This document shows, in pieces, positions 24,023 through 36,109 of a stretch of 41,756 nt of DNA. The DNA comes from Octopus sinensis. Taxonomy: Eukaryota. The position numbers and the translations under genes are program-made. The stretch covers positions 1 to 41,756 of the forward strand of contig NW_021835306.1 of assembly GCF_006345805.1 (NCBI RefSeq), in the 5' to 3' direction. The notes beneath the pieces were generated by a model. The model saw only the letters and a list, made by a program, of their open reading frames with translations, did no database searches and had not been told where the DNA came from. Within the stretch, counting starts at the first letter, position 1, and every line of letters begins with the position of its first letter.

Positions 24023-24552
24023 CATCACTGATATCACTGATATTATTGTTATTATGTGTAGTAGCAGTAGTGGTTGCAGCAACAGCAACAGTAGCAGGGT
24101 TGGGGTAGTGGTAAGGGTGGTAGTTGGACTTCAGGTTCCTGTGCTATCATAATATTAGTAGTTGTAGTATTATTGTAGTATTAGTAGTATTTAGTATCAG
24201 CAGGTGCAGCATATTATTATTATTGTTTTTATTTTTATCCTTATCACTATCACCATTAGTTGGGTACCAATTTGGTGAATAGATCATAATCTACTGGTCT
24301 ATAAATAGATTCGGCAGATGGTGGAGAAGTCAGCCATAGAGACAAAAGAATCTTCGCACACTTTGGGTCAGCAGAGGTCAAATATGTTTACTACTACTAG
24401 TGAGTACTGAGAGCGCTACCTTGAAAAGAAGCAATTCAACCTGTTCTATTTGCAATTACTGGTAGAAAAAAACAATAATAATAATAGATATACAAACATA
24501 TATACATATACATAGACATACATTCATACATACATACATACGTATATATATA

Positions 24553-24885
24553 TTCCTTGTCCTGTCTTTTACTGTTTATAATTTGTACTATCGTTACTGT
24601 CCTGTTTTTGTTACCCTTTTTACCCCTCTGCGAAAAAATCTCAGAATTTTAATTGATTTGCTTTTCGCAGGAAGGAAAGTTTCTTGTCGAAGATACGTCT
24701 CGCTTTCACCTTCGAAACGTAGAGTAGATGAAACCATAGCGACTGAAGAAGGATTTTTTTCTTTGTGTTAATTGTCCTGTACTCTATTTTTTTGTTGTTT
24801 AAAAACATGTCCAGTTCCTTTGGTTTGTGTCTATGTTTTCGTTTCTCATTGTGTTCGACGTCTTTTTGGTGTCCTGTACCCCATA
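24553..24885. repeat. T-rich interspersed-repeat-like segment between microsatellites
   Basis: Composition and end (GACGTCTT...GT.CCC-ATATATGC) resemble 9235-9370. Family not identified. Confidence 0.35.
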
Positions 24886-25504
24886 TATGCGTGTATATGT
24901 ACATGTAGAGGTAGGTACGTACATATATGTTTATATATATGCATATATTTTATTTATTAATATATTATATATATACCGATATTCACGTCGATGAATTTTT
25001 GAATTTCTGAATTCAATTGTGTTGCAATAAAAGCTGTGTTCACGTATTTGGGCAATATATTAAAGATTTAAAGTTTTCTCGAGATGTTCGTTGTCTGCCC
25101 AGTTGGAGAATACAGTAGAACTTTTGCAATGAAAAGGATGTTTACATTTTCGAATACTCAGGGAGAAAGGGAAGGATAAGTATTCACACAGTAGTTGTAG
25201 ATATTAAAGTTTTTTACACTGGGGTTGAGTAATAGCCATTTCAAAAACGTCCGTCTTCTCTGCTCTATCCTATATATTGTACGATACAAATAAGATGATA
25301 CTTTTTCGAATTCAGAGTTGCTGTTAAGTCAGCAGAAATAATGGGTAAATTATTCTTACGATACACATTTCGATGCTTCTAATAGCAACTACTTACCCTT
25401 ACAATACTCATTTCGACGTTTCTAATAGAAAATATTTGTTTATATATATAAATATATATAGCGTTGACACAATATGATTGAATTATTACACAGTTCGTTT
25501 CGCA

Positions 25505-25590
25505 ACCAAGAGCTGAAATTTGGAAACTGTCGAATGGGTGGGTGAAAATCCGTTATAAAGATGTCATCAAACGACATCTCAGTGAATAGC
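25505..25590 (+). mobile_element. short RTE-like C-terminal relic
   Basis: QELKFGNCRMGG*KIRYKDVIKRHL resembles ELxxGxRxxGGQKLRYKDxxK. Confidence 0.5.
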
Positions 25591-25839
25591 GCGGGGTCTG
25601 GTTGCAAACCCGGCGGAAAGCAAAACAAAATTACAAAAGGTCTTAATTTTGGAATAAATTAGAGGAAGATTTAAGGTCCTCTACAGTAGGTCTCCCAACA
25701 CTAATCTGCAATACCTACTCTTAGGGTCCCCGACATATCTTTATTCTAGAATCCCATGGAAGAGACAATCGTTGTAGAAGCATTCTCGAAATGCTAAAAT
25801 ACATAAAATATATAAAGAACCCCTTCTGCTACTAGTCCA

Positions 25840-25957
25840 ATGCGTGAGGCATTGGGCAAGTGTTGTCTATTATAGCCTCGGGCCGACCAAAAGCCCCAAA
25901 GCCTTATGATTTAGTGGACGGAAACAAACACGCACACACACACACACACACACCACA

Positions 25958-26008
<51 letters not shown>

Positions 26009-26225
26009 TGTTATTTATTTATTTATCTATTTTTGTTTGTGTCCCACCACCGCTTGACAACCGATCCTGGTGTGTTTACGTTCCCGTAATTAAGCGGTTC
26101 AGCAAAAGAAACCGTTAGAATAAGTAACAGGCACTGGCCTTAAAAAAATCATAAATAAATACTAGGATCGATTCATTCTGCTAAAAATTCTTCAACGCCG
26201 TGCCCCAGCATGGCCGCAGTCTAAT
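25840..26225 (+). mobile_element. composite SINE (B head, CA microsatellite, D tail)
   Basis: TTGGGCAAGTG...GGGCCGACCAAAG...GACGGAAAC, then (CA)n, then CACCACCGCTTGACAACCG...GTGCCCCAGCATGGCCGCAGT. Confidence 0.75.
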
Positions 26226-26977
26226 AAAAGTGCTAAAGAAGTCGATGTATTTTCTTCGTATTTTTATGACTCCGGCAGTAATGGTAACTATTTAGAACGT
26301 TTTTCGAATATTTATTCTTTTCATTGCTTTTGGTACTATTTTACTTATTTCTGCAAAAATATCAACATCAAATGCACCACCCGAAATATTTGTGATATTG
26401 CTTCCGGACTGTGTGGGAATTTCATGTTAAAACGTTGTTCATTGTGAACTTTCAACTATGGAAATACTTCAACCGTGTTTAAATGCAATTGTACCCCTTT
26501 CTCTTTGATTTATTTGTATGTTTTTCCGTGCTCTTTCTTTCATTTCTCCGACTGTCTTCATAAAAGCAATGACTATTATTGTTCTTCAACTCAGCTACGA
26601 GTAATTCTATTTAGTCTTGTAGGTTTTTCCTATTATCCCTTTGTATTTTGACAGCTGTTTACAATTCTTTGTTGGTTTTTTTATATTTCTTGTATCATTC
26701 GGCTTTGACAATATCGTCTGCCGTTCGCCTATTGTTCACAGGGTGTCTCTGTTTCTATTGGACACATACATACACACACACACACATTCATACACATGAA
26801 TACACATGTGGTTTCTATGGGCGTGGGTGTTTATGCAAACAAAAATTTATAAACGTAACTTCTGGGATCATGTATCTACAAACTGCTGTCACCAAAGAGC
26901 AGAACATATTCCACAAATCAGTTGATCTACCAACTATACATACACGCACTTATACATGCATGTGTATGTATGTGTGT

Positions 26978-27013
<36 letters not shown>

Positions 27014-27289
27014 GCGTGTGTGTATTGGATTCTTGGTATTTCTCTAGTGGCTTTTTAATGTCCTTTACTGCGTCATGATCTCAACCATATCACCTGAATA
27101 AAGTTATGTCGTTCCTAATAGAGTTGCCTGGTCTGGAATTTAGAACAGAGTCGCGCCATTGCCATCGGATCCAACGCTTCACAAGTAACTTTAGTTTAAA
27201 TACCACGAAAAGAGAAAAAAAGACAAGCTCAGTGGTGAAGGAGTTTGAACTCAGAACGTAAATAATCAGAACATATATTTCCTTCGACC

Positions 27290-28640
27290 TACAGATGCAT
27301 ATTCAGAGTAGGTCCATTCACACAGACCAGCCTCGCCATATCTGCTCATCATTAGCCACGGCATGCCCAGCCTTCCTCGCAGCGGCTGCTGACAGCAAAT
27401 GGACCACCTAACAAGCGGAATCCGTCCCTTCCACAGAAAGCAGAAGAATAAGCGCCCTAGTTGCACTAGACATAAGCTAAAAGATCGCTGACCAAGTTTA
27501 GTTCATGAAGATAAGCACGAAGGGTGGACCGTCCATCTCCGGAGACTTCGCCTTGGTGCAGCTAATCATCATGTCCCGAATATCTTCGGCTGTTTTCGGC
27601 ATTTCGTAGAACACCGCACCCTCGCGGAAAGGCGCGGCATATCATCGAAGTAGAATGTGAAATCCCACTTAATTTCCCCACCTACCGCGCGCTCCATACA
27701 GAATAGCAAAATGTTTCTTAAATTCTGTGCACATCTTCTTGGATTCGAGTGAAAAAAGAACCCATCCCGTCAAAGACCAAATCGTGGCTTTGTTTCCACC
27801 TTGCGACTCTGCCACCCGGGTCCATCGAATGCCTTTCATCCCATAGCGTCTTACAAACCGCGCGCTTGCTCTGTAAACGCAACCCATGTGCTTGGCATTG
27901 AAGAATTGATCACGTGCCAATCTCGCCGCCAGGACGTCGGCCGCCCTGCCCCTACTAAACGCCTCTTCTCGCTTCCTAGCATGATATTCCTTTATTCTAG
28001 ATTACTCCAACGTTATTTCTTTACTGAACCCTAACGCCTCTTTTCTAATAATCCTTTTCAGGGTTATGAACCATCGGCTGCACCCAATAACTTCCTATAG
28101 ACTAACTTGCTAACCCGAATGATTCAAAGATGTTTGCCTATGTCCACATTGACAAACTTGGGAAACCTAGTCAGTACCTGTCAGCAGCTTAGAAGTGATT
28201 GAAAAAGTTTGTGAGACTTTTACACCCCTACCCTATCGGCTAGCCCCACACAGTCCAGGCATACATTCAAGATGGTATTCCAATCTCCCACTAGCACTAA
28301 AGAGCGAGACACACCAAGGGAAAACCTCCAAACGTCTGAAGAAATCCCGTTGCCTTATTCGCTTCGCCTGGAGGGTGTTGTTACTTCCTTACAAAACGAT
28401 GCATGCTAAAATGCATCTTAGGTGGATTCATCGAGATCTTAACTCTCACTGTTCTCCTTCCTAAATATAATTGACGGAGAACATGTTTATAGCTCCGACG
28501 GGGAACCACGGAATGCTTGACAGTCAGAACTTCACTTTTGAAGAGAACTGAAATGGCCGCCAATTGCTTCGCCCTTGAGATTTACTGCGTCAGGCATTAT
28601 TTCTTTCATCGCTCTTCAATGTCAGTCTGACTCACTGTGT
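27290..28640 (-). mobile_element. decayed Tx1/L1-like LINE with internal deletion
   Basis: APE motif LVLVGDWNTILNVCLD (about 28250-28300), MCTEFKKHFAILYG and KSPEMDGPP (about 27525-27550), then directly post-RT LFFCFLWKGRIPLV...GRLGMPWL. Confidence 0.7.
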
Positions 28641-28659
28641 CCTACCCTTTTGTGTTTAT

Positions 28660-28847
28660 GGAAATTTGGGGGAAGGGGATGAGTCGATTACATTGACCCT
28701 AGTGCGTTACTGGTACTTATTTAATCGACCCCGAAATGATGAAAGGCAAAATCGACCTCTGCGCAATTTGAACTCAGAACATAAAGGCGGAAGAAATGCC
28801 GCTTAGAATTTTGTCAGAAGCGCTAACGATTCTGCCATCTCGCCGCT
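28660..28847 (-). mobile_element. SINE family A
   Basis: Reverse complement of the family A head and central domain. Confidence 0.8.
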
Positions 28848-28954
<107 letters not shown>

Positions 28955-29399
28955 CTACAACAAATATTCTGCTCAGTACTACAGAATTACTTGTCAGTTG
29001 TTTGACCCTAACCAGTTGAGCATGTCCCTTGGTGGCTGACGCTATGCGCGCCTCTATTTACGAGCAGAAGTTGTGGGGGAGCATCATAGCCACGAGTTGA
29101 GAGGAATTCTGTAGGATTTGAATAATTCACGTCTGGAAGCATGTGTGTTTCGTTCAACATCCTCAAACAACCCTTATTTAGGGTACTTTGGAACGGGATG
29201 GGCTATTCGACCTGAAGAAAATTCTGACTGGGTCCCACCTGCGCCCTTTAGCTTGATATAAGGTTACCATGTCGCGCACATATGATCGTGACTCATGTTC
29301 CTGGTGTACTCTTATCAGACGGGTAGTCATGATGGGTATACTGGGCTTCGTATATTTTACCGCAGTATCACATTGGCATGCACTGCTCTCCCTCTAAAT

Positions 29400-29545
29400 A
29401 AGTACTCAACTGGTACTTACTTTATCGACCCCGAAAGGATGAAAGGTAAAGTCGACTTCAGTGGAATTTGAACTCAGAATGTAAAGACGGTCGAAATGCA
29501 GCTAAGCATCTTGCCCTGTGTGCTAACGATTCTACCAGCTCGCGC
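29400..29545 (-). mobile_element. SINE family A
   Basis: CTGGTACTTA...TTATCGACCCCGAAAGGATGAAAGG...TTTGAACTCAGAA. Confidence 0.8.
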
Positions 29546-29554
29546 TCAAGCCTC

Positions 29555-29556
<2 letters not shown>

Positions 29557-29602
<46 letters not shown>

Positions 29603-29725
29603 TTAATAATAATAATAATATATAATAATAATAAATAATAATAATTAATAATAATAATATTAATTATAATTATAATAATAAATAATTAATAATAATAAAC
29701 TAATAATAAATAATAAATAATAATA

Positions 29726-29759
<34 letters not shown>

Positions 29760-29819
29760 GAATAATAGTAATAATAATAATAATAATAATAATTAATAAT
29801 AATAATTAATAAAATAATA

Positions 29820-29856
<37 letters not shown>

Positions 29857-29880
29857 GTAATAATTATCATAATAATAATA

Positions 29881-29925
<45 letters not shown>

Positions 29926-29985
29926 TTAATAATAATACATAATAATAATAATAATAAATATAATAGAATAATAATAATAATAATA

Positions 29986-30079
<94 letters not shown>

Positions 30080-30407
30080 TAATAATAATAAAAATAATAG
30101 TACATAATAAATAATTATAATAATAATAGATAATAATAATAAATAATAATAGTAATAATAATAATAATAATAAATAATAATAATTAATAATAATAATAAT
30201 AAATAATTAATAATAATAAATAATAAATAATAATAAATAATTAATTAATAAATAATAATAATAATAATAATAACTAATTAATAATAATAAATATTAATAA
30301 TAATAAATAATTAATAATAATAAATAATAATAATAATAAATAATAATAGTAATAATAATAATAATTAAAATAATAATAATAAAATAATAAATATAATAAT
30401 AAATAAT

Positions 30408-30455
<48 letters not shown>

Positions 30456-30522
30456 TTTAATAATAATAAATAATAATAATAATATTAAATAATAATAGTA
30501 ATAATAATAAAAATTATAATAT
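29557..30522. repeat. very long (TAA)n microsatellite
   Basis: About 965 bp of TAA units with many single-base indels. Confidence 0.97.
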
Positions 30523-30544
30523 AGCGACAAGGCGTGAAATTCAT

Positions 30545-30790
30545 GGACTTCAGTGCTCAGCTAGTTCCTATGTTATCGACCTTGGCAGAGTTTAATAATT
30601 GTTTTTGAATGAGGCCAGCAATTTTGAGGGGAAGGATTGGTCGATACCATTGATTGTAGTAGTTGAGAGTTACTTTATTTATTGAACTCGAAAATATGAA
30701 GAGTAAAGTTGATCCCAGCGGGATTTGAACTCAGAAAGTAAAGAGTTGGATCAAGTACTACAAATAAGTCTTTCCAACACTCTCATGATA
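30545..30790 (-). mobile_element. degenerate SINE family A
   Basis: AGGCCAGCAATTTT...GGATTTGAACTCAGAA. Confidence 0.55.
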
Positions 30791-31184
30791 CTATCAGCTC
30801 ACTTCCTCGAAAATGGTTATATTAATGGCATATTCTTGATGCGGTATGTCATTTGCAGAAAAGGATCATGGCAATAATATTATAAAGAAAGCCATCACAG
30901 ATCTCATTCATATTTAACGGGCACTGGGGGATATTTTTCGTTTGTATTTTGGTCTATGTAAAAGCACCAAATTCAATTTTTATGGGGCGGTAATGTATTA
31001 TCCAATATACAACTATGTACCCTTTTTCAGGCTTCTTTAATCCACATGACAGTCGAAGCGTTTGAGTCCCTAAGATTTAAACCAAAAATTTGTGTAATGC
31101 ATAAATGTACAAAATACGGTTTGTGATTCCATCATGAAGTAAAAGTATGTTTTAAAATACTATTAGGGTATATTTGGAACATAC

Positions 31185-31624
31185 TGATTTCAAATTTTGG
31201 CACAAGGCCAGCAATTTCGGGGTGGGAGATAAGTCGATTACATCCACACCAGCACAAAACTGGTACTTATTTGATCGACCTCGAAAGGATGAAAGGCAAA
31301 GGTGACCTCGGGGGAATTTGAATTCAGAACCAAAAGACGGACAAAATACAGCGGGACAATTTGACCGGTGTGCTACCGATTCTGCCAGCTTACTGCTTTT
31401 CCTAAATTTTGAAATCAACATTGATTTCAACCTTCAGCATACGGTGGAGAGGGCTAGTCGATTACATCGACCCCAGCACACAACTGGTACTTATTTTGTC
31501 GATCCCCGAAAGGATAAAAGGCGAAGACAACTTAGGCGGAATTTTAACTCAGGACGTAAAGATGGACGAAATGCCGCTAAACATGATGCCCATTGAGCTA
31601 ACAGTTTTGTCCAGCTGACCGCCA
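31185..31624 (-). mobile_element. two SINE family A copies
   Basis: CTGGTACTTATTT...CGAAAGGAT.AAAGG occurs twice (about 31260 and 31485). Confidence 0.8.
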
Positions 31625-32154
31625 TATATTTGGAACATATTGTAAGCGTTAGTTTGTGGTTGGGTGCAATAGACGGGCCCTGGTTTTTAAATCACATTCA
31701 CTCAATCAACAATTGGTTGCACTTAGCCCATGTGATGTTAGCAAAACTGTGGTTAGTGTTTTGTTTACTGAGTGTACTTATGTGCTTCACATGTGTAGGT
31801 AAATTCGTTCAAGTCTATCAGATAAATGGAAAAGTACTGTAGGAAATGAAGGAGAGTAAATGAAGGAGAGTAAAAAAGTAAATTATCTTAATTTTTAAAA
31901 ATAAGTGTTAAAAACTGCATTATTTATGGGATGACCCAATACTTTTATACAAATTAACAAATATACTTTTATACAAATATATAAGAGATGGTAGGGGTTC
32001 GCTGCATCCGATAAAACTGCGAGCTGTGCATCGTTAACCACCTAGAGTTGTCCTCTTGGTATTAAACAATCGCAGTAGAGTACGATCAAAGGGACAGCCA
32101 TCTTAAAGTGGCTACGAATATTATATATATATATATACATATATATATACATAT

Positions 32155-34690
32155 ATGCGCTTTTCCGCGACACTCCACCTGCATCTTATGAGGTGGACTG
32201 CTTCCCCGACCTGGGCCTCCGACCATCCTAGTGGACGCCAGCTCCTGGCCAAGCAGTCGATCTTTTTTCAGGCGCCTCCCAACGTGCTGTGGACCGATTT
32301 GACTTTTCCAAGCGTCCCCGACATCTGAACATCTCCCCAGCCGAACTCTCAGCCCTCCGATGTCTCTGACGCCGCATGGACATCCTGATAAAACCGGCCG
32401 ACAAGGGTGGAGCCGTGGTGGTGTGACGCGCGGACCTCTACAATATGCAAGCTCTCCACCAACTTTAAGACACCTCCTTTTAATGCCCTCCAACCCCATG
32501 CCCAGCTACCAACAGACTGTGTCCTCAACTATCCATGACCTCATCTCTTCCTCCAGTCTCTCCCATCGCCTCTAACCTCATTGTCCGCACCCCTCACACT
32601 CCCACAATTTACGTCATCCCCCAAATCCACAAACCTAACAACTCTGGGCGCCCCATCATCTCCGCCTGCAACTGCCCCACCGAACCTTACTCCAGATATC
32701 TTGACCATGCCCTTCCCCCCTAGTGGATTCCCTCCCCTCTCACATCATGACACCAACCATACTCTTCGTTTGTTCAACTTTTTCTCCTTCCTCCTGGCCC
32801 CTCTAAACTTCTTTTCACTCTTGGAAGAGTCTATATACGGTGATCCCAAACCACGTGAGGTTGTGTGCACTCCAACATTTCCTTGACACATCCACACTCC
32901 TTCGTCTGTCCTCTCACGTAACTGCTTCTCGTTCGCGGGTGATTTTTATCAGCAGTTCTCAGGAGTGGCCATGGGAATGAGAATGGGCCCCCGACTATGC
33001 GAACCTGTTCCTTGGCTATGTTGCGGCCCAAATATTCTCAAGTTTCACTGGTCCCACTCCCGAACTATACAGCTGTTATATTGATGAATGTATCGGTGCG
33101 ACATCACTCTCCCGCGAACATCTAGTCTCCTTCCTCTCTTTTGTCAAATCTTTCCATCCTGCCCTCCGACATTTCGGTCAGCATTCATCGCTCCACTCTC
33201 ACCACCTCCATCCACTACAAACACACAGACTCACACTCATACCTCAACTTCTTCTCCTCCCACCCTAAATACACCAAGCTCTCCATCCCCTATTCCCAGC
33301 TCCTCCGTCTACGCACGCTCTGCGGTGACAACCATGACTTTGAGACTCAGTCTCAATTCATGGCTCAACACTTCATCCTATGTGGATATCCCCTCACCAC
33401 TATCAACACCGCCCTTGCCAGAGCACTTCCGTGGACCGTGCATCTACTTTCTCCCCCCGCCTTCACCCGTCTCCCCTCACCCTACCTCTCCAACTCACCA
33501 TTCTCCAAGCCTTCCGGCGACTCCAGTTCGACTCCTCCACTTCACACATCTTCCCTAACCGACCCCTCCATTCCTTCAAACGAGCCAACAACTTACGAGA
33601 CCTCTTGGTCCACAGCTTCTTCCCTAACACAACCCGGCTCGTTCCCCTGCTCCCGCCAACGCTACCGCGCTTGCCCTTACCTCTCCAACACCACCCTCCT
33701 AACAGGCACCCATCATCATCCCAACCATATCACTGATTCCTTCACTTGCACTTCTAGCAACGTCATCTACTGCATCTCCTGCTCTCTCTGTCCTTCTCTA
33801 TACAGCGATCAAACAGCAACGACATCCCGGTCTCGCGCCAATTCCGCTCTACCGATCACCCTTTACAACACCTGTCTGTGTTGGATTGTCCTTGCACACA
33901 GGGGCCATACAGACTCCTGTCTCCGCCGTGTGCAGGGATTAATCTCTCTTCGCTCCTTTGCGCCACATGGGCTCAACTCCCCTCCCCTCTTCATCTAACC
34001 TCTTCTCTCCTCTCTTCCTCTCACACCTACTTCCTCCCACTCACCTCTCCTCTCTTCCTCTGGCACCTACTTTCTCTCTTCACTCCTACCCACCTTCTCC
34101 CACCTTATCCCTTCATCATCACTCCTCCCTCTTTTCTCCACCCCTACACATTCCAACCTACCATCCCTATACATCCCATTCCGCCCCATCCATTAGACCC
34201 CACCCTTGCTTCCCTCACACTCTTTCACCACCACACCACACACTACCACACGACACAGCACCACACCACACCACACCACATCACACCACCCCGCACACAC
34301 TAGCATTGACCACTTGCCAGCAGGCACACCAGTGCACACACTAGCACTGACCACTTCCTAGCACCTACACCATCATCAACACATCTACACATGCACACAC
34401 GCACACGTCAAGGTCACCAGTCGCCGTCCACATGCGCATACATGCTCTCACACACCCACGCACGCGCACCTTCATTTTGGGGTTACCACTACTTTATTAT
34501 CTCCCCTTCTTCCTATGTCCGGCATTCGGCATGGCAGATCGCTAGCCACTGAACCTTTTTCTACTTTCTCTCCCTGTTTATTTCTTTGTTCCTTTCTGTT
34601 GAAGAGCGTAGGCTCGGAACGTAAAAGTCTTTCTCAGTTCCCGAGCGTTAAACTAATACACCTGTTTGTTATTTTGCTTTTTTTTGTCAT
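32155..34690 (+). mobile_element. Penelope-like element (RT plus GIY-YIG endonuclease), decayed
   Basis: IKPADKGGAVVV, YVIPQIHKPNNSGRPIIS, GVAMG, YANLFLG, YIDE, TSIHYKHTDSHSYLNFFSSHP...SIPYSQLLRLRTLC, CxxxRxxxC, FTCTSSNVIYCISCSLC and APHGLN (stop 33998). Many frameshifts. C-rich 3' UTR and terminal repeat to about 34690; (TA)n on both sides. Confidence 0.93.
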
Positions 34691-34730
34691 TATATATAAT
34701 ATATATATATATATATATAATACAACATAC

Positions 34731-34795
<65 letters not shown>

Positions 34796-34923
34796 TTATA
34801 TATATATATAGCACATATATATATATATTGGTATAAACGGTAAGCTAAAAAAAGAGACCTCAATATTATGTAAATAGAAGAAATTTATCTGTAAAATAAT
34901 ATGTGACAATTATTCGGTAGCCA

Positions 34924-34986
34924 AGATAAAACTCTGAGTTTCGGATGCTGAGGTGGAAATCCACAACACCATCTCTTCGGTTATCT
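34924..34986 (-). ncRNA. type I hammerhead-ribozyme-like motif (variant), mirror copy
   Basis: AGAUAA-CCGAAGA-GAUG...GUGGA/UCCAC...CAUC-C-GAAA-CUCAGAG-UU-UUAUCU on the minus strand. Confidence 0.5.
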
Positions 34987-34992
34987 GGCCAG

Positions 34993-35055
34993 AGATAACC
35001 GAAGAGAGGGTGTTGTGGATCTCCACCTCGGCATCCGAAACTCAGAGTTTTATCT
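34993..35055 (+). ncRNA. type I hammerhead-ribozyme-like motif (variant)
   Basis: Stem I AGAUAA/UUAUCU, core CCGAAGA (versus CUGANGA), stem II hairpin, GAAA, stem III ACUC/GAGU with a 1-nt loop, GUU triplet. Confidence 0.5.
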
Positions 35056-35149
35056 TAGCTACCGAATAATTGTCAGGGAGTAAATCCAAACTTACTGGGA
35101 AAAATTAGATTTAAGATTAAATCAAATTTCACACTATAAATATAAATTG

Positions 35150-35364
35150 AATTAGAGATAAAACCATTATTAGGCAACTCAAACAGTGATAGACATTATT
35201 TTATATCTTAAATTTTAATAAAAGTTTCAAATTTTAAATTTTAAATTTTATATTTTATATATATATTGTATATTATATTAATTATATTTATTTTTTTGTT
35301 TTTTTATGCTTTGATTTATGTCTATCACTGTTTGAATTGCCTAATAGTGGTTTTATCTCTAATT
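35150..35364. repeat. 47-bp inverted repeat with an AT-rich spacer
   Basis: 35150-35196 versus 35318-35364; 2 mismatches. Confidence 0.9.
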
Positions 35365-36109
35365 TAATATATATATATATATATATATAACCGCACCGAC
35401 ATATATACATACATATGTATGCAAACATGTATGTGTGTGTGTAAACTACAAAATGGACCATATATATTTTAATTTGCCGAGTAACACTGAAAGATTATAT
35501 GAAATTTCCTTCAATGTTCACAGCAACATTGTGTTTGAATTTACTATTTAAATTTTCGTAGCAAATATTAACAAATGTGAACATAGTTTTTTTCCTTCAA
35601 GTAATCTTAAATTTCGCTTTTCTCATTTGCTTTTGAAATTCATCTTCCTTGTGTATATATAATGATATATGATTGTACGACAGGGAAATGGAACTTTTAG
35701 AAACAGCATCCAAATCACAGTATTGTCTTGAATATTTATAAATGTACAGGACTAAGGAAGAAACCTTTACAAAGAGCTGGAAAGACTCATGTTCACTCGA
35801 TCCTGACAAAACGTGATAAAACTTCGGAATAAACAAATGTGACCGATAAAAGTTTTGATTCTATATAAAATAATTAATCCGTTTTCCTTAGCCGATTAGT
35901 TCCTATTATGTATCAAATCAAGCATACTACAACATGGTGCTTCTCTGTTGCAATTGTCAGGCAACTGCTGGTTCCGCTGCTGGCAAAAATGTATAAATAG
36001 GCCGTTAAATAGATATATAATAGGAAATCGGTGCTGCATAGCTATTTATGTATATGTTTGTTTGGAATTGTGTGCTTGTTTTTGTATATATATATATATA
36101 CATACCAGT

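Larger units (their letters stand above)
34904..35075. repeat. 83-bp inverted repeat with a 6-nt spacer
   Basis: 34904-34986 versus 34993-35075; 4 mismatches counted by eye. Confidence 0.97.

Noticed and set aside
24700-24755. Permuted hammerhead-like words CCTTC-GAAAC-GTA ... CTGAAGA-AGG
   Set aside because: No convincing stem I, and stem II would overlap core bases. Worth a scan but unsupported here.
30800-31850. Additional protein-like minus-strand snippets between SINEs
   Set aside because: Stop density and lack of motifs make them indistinguishable from random sequence by eye.
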